Origin: Felis catus
Taxonomy: Eukaryota
NCBI RefSeq assembly: GCF_018350175.1
Contig: NC_058383.1
Span: 10,480,001-10,544,000, forward strand
Direction of reading: 5' to 3'
DNA: 64,000 nt
The translations under genes and the position numbers were made by a program. The notes under the pieces are model-generated. The model was not told the DNA's origin and did no database searches. It saw only the letters and a list, made by a program, of their open reading frames with translations. Shown here piece by piece: positions 49,301 to 61,799 of this stretch. How positions within the stretch are numbered: the first letter of the stretch is position 1; each line of letters opens with the position of its first letter.

Positions 49301-52300
49301 TGACGTAGCAACAGCTGATACAGCCACCATAAAACCTATCTGGGGGCACCTGGGTGGCTCAGTCGGTTGAGCTCAGGTCATGACTTCGGCTCAGGTCATG
49401 ACTTCGACTCAGGTCACGATCTCACAGCTCATGGGTTCAAGCTCCGCATCTGGCTCGCTGCTGTTGGTGTGGAGCCTACTTTGGATCCTCTGTCCCCCTC
49501 TTTCTGCCCCTCCCCTGCTTGCGTTCTCCCCCCAAAATCAGTAAATATTTTAATTAATTAATTAACTAACAAATCTGTCTGGTTCTTTGAGCATGACTTG
49601 GGCTGAGAATTTAAAGCCCCAAGCTAATCCTTCTCTTCCTGTAACTCTGCAGGGTAGTGAGGATAGCCAGCCCACCTCACCATCCTAACAGTTTTCCTTG
49701 GCCATTTGTTTCCACACCACATCGGGTTACCTAATTGGGTTAACTAACTCACGAGTCCAAGGTCGAAAACCTAACCAAATCATAACTCATGGGTTCAAGG
49801 TCGAAAACCTAACCAAATCAATTTCACAATCCCACCTTTGAAGGTCTCTTTCTCTGGCCCGCGATTTCCTTCTAACTTCTGACCACGGGAGGAAGCACTA
49901 AAGGGACTTTGTAAAATACACAAAGGGGAGAAAGGCCTTCCTTCCAGTTTGCCACTGGTTGTATTTTCTCAAGTAGCAGCAAGCACTTGGCTTCTGCCCC
50001 TAGCTACCTGCAACACGCATAGTCCCAGCTGCCCAAAGCTCTCTCTCGAGTGGTCCAAGCATCGGCAGCAGGACACCACCTTCTCAGCAGTTTGGGCACC
50101 ACCCAAGGGCACATCCTTTCCTTAGGGTTCTGAACACCAGCTGCATTTCATGGAGATACCGCTTAGAGCTTTGGGCCGTGGTAAATTATCAGTTTTGGTT
50201 TCCATTATCCAGACTAGTCCCTGATTGCTACAGTACTTGGTACCAGGAGTAGGGCTGAAATATTTGCTGGGTAAGTTCATGGATAAAATCATGTGTAATT
50301 GAACTTACAGGATCTAGGACTCCGGGCTGCCATCTTACCCTCAGGATGAACAGCTGAATTATTCATTCAATAATTACATCATCCATCATTCAACATTTAC
50401 TCTCTGTTTATGTTAACCTCTTGACCTCTCCATCGAACAAGTCCATCAACCCTTTGTACGCCCAGTTCTTAGCATTATAAATTTAAATGAGACTCAGACT
50501 TCACAACCCTCTGTTTGAATAAGAAACCCAATCAATCTGGAGTCTTATTAAATTTTTGTAGGTAGGAAAAGGAAAACAAAGCGTCAACGATTCTTTCCTG
50601 ACTTAACAAAAAGAAACTTAATTATTTATATCTTCTATATACATGAAAAGAATACACAACAAATTAAACATTATTACAAGGACAACAAGTTATCAAATAA
50701 GATAACACGAATGCAGACTTCGGGGCATTACTGGTTAAAGCTCACAGTAAAAAACCCTGAAGCCCGGGTGTCTTAAAAAACTCACTTGAACAAATTGCAC
50801 TTCTAGAAAAGGATTATACATCTGCACACTCTCACGTCGGGCTGGAGTACAGAAATGATATTTTTGTGGTGCTCTCAACTTACTTCATCAGAAACGGCTT
50901 TATAACATTCCATATCTGCATTTCTGCAGCTCAAGGACACTAAGCTATAAAATTTTATAGCTAAGGTTTTTCTTTATTAGCAGCTTTTCCAAGCCTCCTG
51001 TCCAGGACTCCATTAATTAGCGAGGGGGGAAAAAAACAGACCAAATAAGCCTAAAATATAAAATACAGAAAGCAAACTGCCAAGATAATTTTTAGGTAAA
51101 ATTTATTCACAGCAAAATGCACAAATCTTAAGTGCACAATTGGAAGAATAATAAATGCATGCACCCATGTAGCTCCCATGCCAATCAAGGTAGAGAACAG
51201 TTCCCTATCTCCAGAAAGTTCCCTTGGGGCTTTCCCTATCAATCCCCACCATTACCACCCAAGAGGCAACCATTGCTATGATTTTTATCACCCTAGAGCA
51301 CATTTTCCAGGTCTTGAACTTCAAGTAAATGAAATCAGACAGCATGTACTTTTTAATGTCTGGCCTCTTTTGTTCGACCTAATTCTTTCCAGGTGTATCC
51401 ATGCTGTTGAGTATACTTGTATTTTATTCTCTGCATTGCATTATTTGTATCCTATTGTTTGAATGTACTACTGTTTGTTTCTGAGTTCTGTTAATGGACA
51501 AGTTGGGTGTTCCTAGGTTTGGGTTTCCATACACGAGCCATTATAAGGACATATGTTTTCATTTTTATTGAATAAATACCCAAGAGTGCAATTGCTGGGT
51601 CCTGGTATGTTTATGCTTCACTTTATAAGAAACTGCCTACTGCCAGGGGTGCCTGGATGGCTCAGGCATTAAGCATCTGACTTTGGCTCAGGTCATGATC
51701 TCATGGTTCGTGAGTTCGAGCCCCACACTGGGTGAACATGAGCTCCGCTTCTCTCTTTCTCCCTCTGCCCCTCCTGGGATTCTCTCTCTCTTTCTCTGTC
51801 CCTTGCTCACTTATGCCCCCTCTCTCTCTCTAAGAGAGAAAGAGAGAAAGAAACTGACAAAGTGACTGTACCCTCGTTAGTTTCCTCCAGCCATGGCTGG
51901 GGGTTCTCCTTTCTCCGCATCTTTAAGGGCAGTACGCCTATCATCAGTCTCTCTGCTTTTAGCCATCGGCATCTCATAGTGAACTGAATACGCATTTCTC
52001 TAGTGACCAATTATGTTGAGCACCTTATTTGTTTATCTGCCACCTGTATATTTCATTTGGCCAAGTACCTGTTCGAAATGTTTGCCATTTTTAGGGCACC
52101 TGGGTGGTTCGGTTGGTTAGTCGTCTGACTTTGGCTCAGGTCATGATCTTTCATTTTTTGAGTTTGAGCCTGCAACGGGCTCTCTGCCAGCAGCACAGAG
52201 CCCAATTCAGATCTTCTGTCTCCCTCTCTCTGTCCCTCCCCAACCCGCTCTCTTCCTTTTTGTCTCTCAAAAATAAATTTAAAAATAAACAAATAAAAAT

Positions 52301-55300
52301 GTTTGCCATTTCCTATTGGTTATGTTCTTCATATTATTGAGTTGTAAGAGTTCTTTATATATTCTGGAATTAGAGTCCTTCATCCAGTTGTTGAAAAGCT
52401 ACCCTTTCCCTGCTTCTTATATTTTGACGCTCTTGTATTGGGTGTTTACAGATTTTGGATAGCTGTGTCGTCTTTTCTTTTTTTAATGTTCTATTTTATT
52501 TTTGAGAGAGAGAGAGCATGAGCAGGAGAGACACACACAGAATGCAAAGCAGGCTCCAAGCTCTCAGCACAGAGCCCAACGTGGGGCTCAAACCCACGAA
52601 GCATGAGACCATGACCCGAGCCGAAATTGGACGCTTAACCGACTGAGCCACCTACCAGCCACAAGAATAGCTGTGTCTTCTTAATGAATGGACCGTTTTA
52701 TCACCAGGAAATGCCCTTTGTCTCTGATTTTAATGTAGCCATTTCCACCTTTCTTATGGTAGTGGCTACATGGTGTATCTCTTTACTTAGTGGTTACATG
52801 ATATATCTTTTTACCTGTTTGAACTTTCAACCTGCATCTCTTGCAAAAGGCATATGAGTTGGTTTTCTTTCGTTATTCAATCTTTCAAACTCTGCCATTA
52901 ATAACATTTTACCCTCTTACATTTAGTATCATTATTAACGTGATAGTTATTGCTTCCCACCTTCGTTCCTGTGTTTTTTTCTTGCCTTCTTTTGGATTAA
53001 GTTCTTTGTTTTTGCTTTTGTTTTTAGAATTCCATTTTATCTCCTTCTCTGGCTTTTTAGTTATCCTTCTAAATTTGATTGATTGCTCTAGAGATGACAA
53101 AACTAACCGTTAACTCAGTTTACCTTGAATTAATGTTTGTTTCACACATAATATAAGGACCTTCCCCAAATGTAACTCCGCTAACTTTTCCCATCCTTTG
53201 TACAATTACTGTAGTAGGTGTTACTTCTACGCATGCTAGTTATAAGCCTCACCATGCACTATTGGTATTTTTTTGCTTTGAACACCAGTTTCCTTAAATA
53301 AATCAAGACGAGAAATCAACACGTTTCCTTAAATAAATCAAGACGAGAAAAAAAAAATAGCCTTTACTTTTACCTACATAGTTATAATTTGTGGTTCTCT
53401 TCGTTCTTTCCCTTCGATCTTTTTCCATCTGGTAGCATTTCCTCTCCGATAAACAGCCTCTTGCGATTTCATAGTGCCTGTCTGCTAGAGATGAATTTTC
53501 TCTACTTTTATCCAAAGAGTTGTAGTTGACCCTCATTTTTGAAAACTGTTTCCACGGGGCATAGAATTCCAGGCAGACAGGTTGTATTTTCAGCCTTTGC
53601 ACATTGTCTTTCTATTGTTTTCTGGCATCCACCCACTGTGATCAGGTGTTAGCCATTATTCCTGTTCTCTTGCGCGTTCTTTTTCCTTTGTCTCTTTTTT
53701 AGATTTGCTCTTTCCCTTTGGATTTCAGCAGCCTGACTCTGGTTGGCTTAGATGTGATTCTCTCGGCATTTATCCAGTTTGGGCTTCATGAAGTTTTTTT
53801 AATCTATCGGTTAAGGTTCTTCATCATCAAAGTTGGAAACGCTGGTTCACATCCAGTATAGCCGAGTAAGCACTCAACAAACCTGACATTCCCACAGGTA
53901 ACAACTGAAAACTCTAGACAAATATTTGCAAATAGCAGGAAGGCACTGGAGGGTGAACCAAGGCAGATTCTGAAGAGGAGTCAAAAATTGGAAGAAGGGA
54001 CTGGCACAGTGTGTCTTCTATTCTTAGAGCTTTCAGTCTGAGGTCAAGACAGTGTCATATCGTAAGGGCTCTGTCCAATCTAAAATTAATCTTTCTGGCT
54101 TGAAGAACCCGAGGACAGTATTTGGGTCAAACACAGCTGATGGAAAGTAAGGGAGAACTGTGAAAAGAAGAGATCCAGGGGAGTCCCAGGCTCCCCAAAT
54201 CTCTGGCTGATCCCTACACCATGCCTACCAGGGCAGATTCAAGGCAGACAAAAGAACTCAACTGATATTTCAGTTGCTGCCCAAAAGATAAAAGTTTGAA
54301 TTTGAGTGCACCAAATTAACTGCCTGGTTTAAAAAAAAAAAAATCAGGGGCACCTGGGGGCTCAGTCAGTTAAGCATCCAACTCTTGGTTTCGGCTCAGG
54401 TCATGATCTCATGGTTCGTGGGTTTGAGCCCCAAGTCAGGCTCCATGCCTAACAGCATGGAGCCTGCTTAGGATTCTCTCTCTCCCCCCCCCCTGCTCTC
54501 TCTCCTTCTCTCTAAATAAATAAACAAGCAAACTTAAAAAAAAAATCAACACAGGAAATCTCTCCAACATAATAGTCACAAATTTAATCTAAAATCTAAA
54601 ATCTTCAGCATACAACAAACAAGAAAACATGACCAATCTCAAGAGAAAAGAAAATCCTCCAAGGCCTTCCCATGTTGACCCAAATGTGGACATTAGCCCT
54701 ATAATATTTTATTTCAAAGTAGCTATTATAATTATGCAAAAAAAAGTAAAGGAAGATATTTTCACAATAAATTAAAAAATGGGAAATCTTAGCAGAGATA
54801 TGGATACTATGAAAAAGAAGCAAATGGGGCGCCTGGGTGGCTCTGTCGGTTAGGCAGCCGACTTCGGCTCAGGTCATGATCTTGAGGTCTGTGGGTTCTA
54901 GCCCCACATCGGGCTCTGTGCTGACAGCTCAGAGCCTGGAGCCTGCTTCGTATTCTGTGTCTCCCTCTCTCTGACCCTCCCCTGTTCATGCTCTGTCTCT
55001 CCCTGTCTCAAAAATAAATAAACGTTAAAAAAATTAAAAAAAAAAAAAGAAAAGAAAAAGAAGCAAATGGAAATTCTAGAACACAAAAATAAAATATCTG
55101 AAATAAAAAAATCCACCAGATGGGCTTAATAGCAGAATGGAGACGATCGGAGAAAATCCATGAACTCGAAGATACATCAGTAGAAGTTATCCGATTTGAA
55201 AAACACAAGGACAACATACTTTTAAAAACATGGGCAGAGCCTCAGAGACCTGTGAGACGATCTCTTCTTTTTTGTAATGTTTATTTTTGAGAGAGTACGT

Positions 55301-58300
55301 GTGCACAAGCAGGGGATGGTCGGAGAGGGAGGGAGACAGAGGATCTGAGGCAGGCTCTGTGCCATCAGCACAGAGCCCGACGCGCGTCTCCAGCCCACGA
55401 ACCGTGAGTTCATGACGGAGCTGAAATCAAGAGTTGGATGCTTAACCAACTGAGCCACCCAGGCATCCCTCTTGAGGTTTTCTGGACACCTTATCGTGTC
55501 ATCTGTAGATAGAGGTAGTTTTAACCGTTCCATTCCAGTCTGGATGACTTTGTGTTTCCTCCACAATTGCCCTGCCCAGACCTTTCGATACAGCGTTGAA
55601 TGCAAGTGGTGAGAACAGACGTCTTTGTCTTGTCCTAGCCTTTCACCATCATGTGTGATATTGAGCTGTGCCTTTTCTCAGGCTGAGAGAGTTTTCCTCC
55701 ATTCCGAGTGTGTTTGGGGATTTTTATCATAAAAGCGGTTATTGAGTTTTGTCAAATGCTTTTTCTGCATCTCTTGAGGTGACCACATGGGGTTTGTAGA
55801 CAATCTTTTCAATGGAAAACAGAGTTTCGGATACTATGTGGTTTGCATGCAAATATTAACTTTCTCTTTCGTAAAAAAACCTGACAAGTTGGTCGCTTAC
55901 GTTAGCAGTATAAAATAGAGGCAAAAGCTAATGGCTTTTCAGCAAAATGCTGTCTATGCAACAATCGTATCAGAAATACTTAGTCATTGCATGCGCTGAA
56001 CTGTGAAAGAAAATTCACCAACTGTGTTTTTTTCCATGTGGCACCTGGCCTTCGGTAATCAGAAATAAGCATTTCCCGAGGCGCCTGGGTGGCTCAGTCG
56101 GTTGAGTGTCCAACTTGGGCTCAGGTCATGATCTCACGGTTAGTCGGTTTGTGGGTTCGAGCTTCACATCGGGCTCTGTGCCGACAGCTCGGAGCCTGGA
56201 GCCTGAATCGGATTCTGTGTCTCCCTCTCTCTCTGCCCCTCTCCTGCTCATGCTCTGTCTCTGTCTCAAAGATAAATGTAAAAACATCAAAAAAACAAAA
56301 TAAGAGGAGGGGTGCCTGGGTGGCTCAGTGGGTTAAGCAACTGACTTCAGCTCAGGTCATGATCTCACAGTTTGTGGATTCCAGCCCCACATCAGGCTCT
56401 GCGCTGACGGCTCGGAGCCTGGAGCCTGCTTCGGATTCTGTGTCTCCCTCTCTCTCTGCCCCTCCCCTGCTCACTCTCTGTCTCTCTCTCAAAATAAATA
56501 AACATTTTTTAAAAAAGGATTAAGTACCTGGGATTTATGCTGGAATTGATTTGGAAGTCAAACACACAAGTCTCCTTTTAAAAAGAATGCTTTGTGGTCA
56601 CAATTACTTCAAAACGTGACTACATTAAAATAATCTGACATATCATGCTTTAGCAATTACAGAAGTGTGATTTTTGACACATGGTGATTTTAGAAGTTAG
56701 GCAAATCTAAAATGCTAAAAGATGGCGACAACTGTTCCTCTGTTTAAGTCTGGGGCGCTGCAAAATGTAAGTAATAGTTTTCTTTTTTAAAGTTTATTTA
56801 TTACTTTTCAGGGAGAAAGAGAGCGCAGGGGAGAGGCAGAGAGAGAGAGGGAAAGAGAGAATCCCAAGCAGGCCCCACACTGTCGGTGCAGAGGCCAGAT
56901 CAGGGCTCAGACTCACAAAACCATGAGATCACGACCTGAGCCAAAACCAGGAGTTAGAGGCTCAACCGTCTGGGCCACCCAGGGGCCCCGTAATAGTTTT
57001 CTATGAACATAATCAGCCTGTAATATGACACTCTAAATCAGAAAGACTTATGGAAATACATATCTAAAGAGGGCAATTCTTGGGGCGCCTGGGTGGCTCA
57101 GTCTGTTAAGCGTCCGACTTCAGCTCAGGTCATGATCTCACGGTCCGTGAGTTCGAGCCCCACGTCGGGCACTGTGCTGACAGCTCAGAGCCTGGAGCCT
57201 GCTTCGGATTCTGTGTCTCCCTCTCTCTCCGCCCCTCCCCCGCTCCCACTCAAAAAAAAAAATAATAAGCTCTCTAAAAAATAGATAAATATTAAAAAAA
57301 AAAAAAGACAATTTAAAGCAGGCAATTCCTTCTCCAGATTACGAAATTTTGGCAAATCAACACAGCACTTTGGAATACAATGAAACGATGTTGCAATCGG
57401 TGCATTCATGTGTCACTCCAATGGTCATTTCGACTGCAAAAATACCATTTAAGTACGAAATCAAGTTACCACCTTTGCATCAGAGCGTATGGCAGAGCCA
57501 GTTGTCTTACACAAATTAATATGGGTTTTAAAATTACGTAATTTCCTTCTTTTAGAGTGTGTTCCATCTTGTAAGCGGCTGAGTCAACGCAGCAGAGCAA
57601 TTATGTATATATAAAATGGGCTCTGCTTCCTGCTGAGGTTGGTCCCAAACCACTCACGAAAAGTTCTAAAATTTTACTTTAAGAAGCTCAAACATGCCGG
57701 GGCGCCTGGGTGGCTGAGTCAGTTAAGCATCCGACTTCGGCTCAGGTCACGATCTCGCGGTTCACAAGTTCGAGCCCCGCATCAGGCTCTGTGCTGACAG
57801 CTTGGAGCCTGGAGCCTGCTTCCGATTCTGTGTCTCCCTCTCTCTCTGACCCTCCCCCCATTCATGCTCTGTCTCTCTCTGTCCCAAAAATAAATAAACG
57901 TTGAAAAAAAAAAAAAAAAAGAAGCTCAAACTTGCCAAACACAAATTAAAGTGAATTTTTCAAGTGTTGGTAAGTCTTCCATAAACAGGGAAGCCCTCAA
58001 TGTAGATGATATACATAGTTTTTTTTTGTTTTGTTTTGTTTTGTTTTTTGAACCAATGTAACCTATTCCAGTTCAAATACCACTGGCTTATTTTTCTTGC
58101 TTTTCTGCGCTGGCTTGTACTGCCTATAGAATGTTGAACACACATGGCAAAAGTAAGCACGCTTTTCTTGTCTCTAATTTTAAATTTTGTTTTTTTTCAA
58201 TGTTTATTTTTTGAGCCAGAGAGAGACAAGAGCACGAGCAGGGGAGGAGCAGAGAGAAAGGGAGACACAGAATCTGAATCAGGCTCCAGGCTCCGAGCCG

Positions 58301-60900
58301 TCAGCACAGAGCCCGACGCGGGGCTCGAACCCACGAGCCGTGAGATCTTGGCCTAGGTCGAAGTTGGACACTTAACCGACTGAGCCACCTAGGCGCCCCT
58401 CTAATGTATTCATTTTTATGCATCCAGTTGGATTCTGTTGGCTGAGAGGTTTTGATGATACCTACACGCATAATTCGGAAGAAGATGGCCCTCTACCTTT
58501 ATCCTGCTTTAGTCCTCGCTTTGTTTTGCATTGAGCTCATACTAACCTCATAGAATCTGTGTGTACTGTTCCTTTTTCTTTTTCTCTATTTCCAAAAGAG
58601 TATGTATTATGCATTGGTGCAATTCCTTGAACGTTTAGCAGAAGTCATCCATAAAGCTGTTATGAGTGTTGCATTTCAGGAAGATTTAAAATGCCATTCA
58701 AGAAAAAGACCGTTAAATAGAGACAATCCCTCTCTTTAAAGTCTCCCATCGAAAGGCGCCTGGGTGGCTCAGTCGGTTGAGCATCCGACTCTTGATTTCG
58801 TCTCAAGTCATGATCTCACAGAGCCGTGTCGGGCTCTGTGCTGACAGCACAGATCCTGCGTGGCATTCTCTGTCTCTCCTCTGTCTGCTCCTCCCCCACT
58901 CACACATGTGCACACACGCTCTCTCTCTCAAAATAAATAAATGTTTTAAAAAAAACCCACTTTGACTGCTAGGTGAAGAATATGTTGGAAACTGGCGAAC
59001 AGTGAGACTTTAGGCAGGGAAGTCAATAGGAGACATTCATGATAATCCATGAGAAACGCAGTGGGGGCTTATGCCAAGATGGTGGCAGTCGACAGTAGGA
59101 TAAAGAGAAATGTATGATACTGTCTTTTGTTGTTGCTGTGTTCACCCAGTCAGATATTACACATAATTAATGGAAAATCTGGACGTTTATCATCAAAGGT
59201 AGATATTGAATGAAGAATCACAAAGCACATGAGGTGCCTGGCTGGCTCAGTCAGAAAAGCATGTGACTCTTAAGCTTGAGGTCGTGAGTTCAAGCCCCAT
59301 GTTGGGTGTAGAGATGACTAAAAATAAATGAGTAAACTTAAACCAAAAACCACGATGGAATACCACTTCGTACCCACGCTAGGATGACTATCATTTAAAG
59401 GACAGGCACTAATGGGGCGCCTGGGTGGCGCAGTCGGTTAAGCGTCCGACTTCAGCCAGGTCACGATCTCGCGGTCCGTGAGTTCGAGCCCCGCGTCGGG
59501 CTCTGGGCTGATGGCTCAGAGCCTGGAGCCTGTTTCCGATTCTGTGTCTTCCTCTCTCTCTGCCCCTCCCCTGTTCATGCTCTGTCTCTCTCTGTCCCAA
59601 AAATAAATAAACGTTGAAAAAAAAGAATCATTGGATGACATACATTAAATGGGTGAATTATATCATATGTGAATTATCTCAATAAAGCCCCTTAAAAATT
59701 ATTTTGATTCTTTGAAAATTTATTTAAGTAATCCCTACACCCAACATGGGGCGCAAACTCACCAACACCGAGATCAAGAGTCACGTGCTCCACTGACTGA
59801 GCCAGTCAGGGGCCCCTACAATTTTTTTTAATAAAATACCAATTTCTTTGATGATTTTCCATGTCACCTTGAGTCCCTTTTGATGATTTGCATTTTTTAA
59901 TGTGTTTTTAAAGTTTATTTATTTTGAAAGAGAGAGAGAGAGGGCTTGAGCAGGGGAGGGACAGAGAAAGAGGGAGAATGATTCCTGAGCAGGCTCCACA
60001 CTGTCAGCGCAGAGCCAGACGAGGGGCTCAAACTCATGAACCATGAGATCATCACCTGAGCTGAATCCAAGAGGCTAATGCTTAACCAACTGAGCCATCC
60101 ATGCGCCCCTAATTTGCATTTTTCTAGGAAACTCACCATTTTGGCCTAAGATTTCTTTTTTTTTTTTTATGTTTTATTTATTTTGAGAGACAGAGACAGA
60201 GACAGAGTGGGAGTGAGGGAGGGGCAGAGAGAGAGACACAGACTCTGAAGCAGGCTCCAGGCTCTGAGCTGTCAGCCCAGAGCTCAATGCAGGGCTCGAA
60301 CCCATGAACCGTGAGATCATGACCTAAGCCAAAGTCAGATGCTTAACCAACTGAGCCACCCAGGCACCCCTAAGATTTCTAATTATTGTTAGAAAAGGAT
60401 GGATAGTTTAAATCTCTGCTCTCTGTCCCCTTTATCATTTTTAAAAGTGTTAACTTGTGCCTCGTATTTTTCTGGTAATTTTGCCACAGGTGTTTGTTTG
60501 TTTGTTTGTTTGTTTGTTTGTTTTGACATATCTCCCTTACTGCTTATCTGTTTGGTGCTTCTTTAATTTCTGCCCTTCTATTTTCTCTGTATTCACTCTG
60601 GTTTGCTTTTACTAAGTCTCTGAGGTTATTAGTTCACTGTTTCTTATTTAAATATATCTTATTCTCGGGGCGCCTGGTGGCTCAGCTGGTTAAGTGTCCA
60701 AATCTTGATTTTGGTTCAGGTCATGGTCTCATGGTTCGTGGGTTTGAGCCCCACATCGGGCTCTGCACTGGCAGCAAGGACCCTGCTTGGGATTCTCGCC
60801 CCCTCTGTCTCTCTCTGTCTCTCTCTGTCTCTCTCTCTCTCTGCCCCTGCCCTGCACATGCACACACTCTCTCTCTCAAAATAAATAAACATTAAGAAAA
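46400..60900. mobile_element. Repeat-dense intergenic block: roughly 20 CAN-SINEs, old L1 fragments on both strands, MaLR/ERVL LTR remnants
   Basis: Repeated SINE consensus; L1 3'UTR-like tracts (51090-52400, 55480-55790) and L1 5'/ORF1-like tracts (53840-55250); individual boundaries not resolved. Confidence 0.75.
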
Positions 60901-60949
60901 AAATATATATCTTATTCTCAAATACATATATTTATGGTTATATATATTT

Positions 60950-61626
60950 TTTAATATATAAAGACATTTTATTATTGTTTTGCTGTCTAACAGTGAATAT
61001 ACTCAATTGCATTTTCTCAAATGGCAAATAAGACACAAGATAACATCTCTTTGATTCCTGAAAACCTCAATATCATCTGTCTTTGGGAGGATCCAACTTC
61101 CTACGACGTCTATGATACTGTCCACGAGGATACCAACGGTGCTTAGTAGTAAAGAACATTTTGCTAAGTTGTTCTATCATAGGTCCTTGCTCAAAGGGTT
61201 CATTTTTTTCTTCTAGTCTGGTTTTCAGCACTTGATTGTGTGTTTCTTCATTATTATGCACAGGATCTGGCCGTGGGATAGGTTTTGTTTGTTCATACGG
61301 AACGTCCACAGAAGGGCATACTGTCGTCCTGCCATCAGATGTCAAAGCAAGCTCTACTTTGCAATCGTAGTCGTCTGGAAGAGGCGAATACGTAGATTTA
61401 TGACAAGCACAATATAAAGCTCCATTTTGAATTGGAAATAAAATGTTTCCGGATAGTTCTGTCTGATATCACCCGTTTTACTGCCGCTAATACCATGGTG
61501 ACTCAAGACGCTTATCCGGTGGTGTGAAAGAAGACGACCCGGAGAAACTGCTTTTAAAATCTGCTTCCAGGCGTACCTATTTTCATCCCTGACATACGCT
61601 CACTGCGAGCTCACCATCTTACCTCC
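60950..61626 (-). pseudogene. MRPL42: Processed pseudogene of mitochondrial ribosomal protein L42 (former CDS 61496 to 61073)
   Basis: Intronless; [18 protein letters not shown] / [39 protein letters not shown]...[27 protein letters not shown]; +1 frameshift near 61441; AATAAA at 60968-60973 (-); degenerate TSD. Confidence 0.92.
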
Positions 61627-61799
61627 TATGGCTATGTATTTTTAACGCACTCCCAATAGCCACAGCATACGGTTTTTACATTTAGGGTCTGTCTGTATTA
61701 GCTTCTGGTGGCTGCTGTAACAAATGGCCAAAAACTCGATGGCTTAAAACAACAGAAATTTTTTCTCACTGTTGTTCTCAACAGAACATCCAAAATCAG

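Noticed and set aside
61073..61345. 90-aa MRPL42 ORF as a functional gene
   Set aside because: Non-ATG start; the upstream frameshift removes the N-terminus; intronless with retroposition hallmarks
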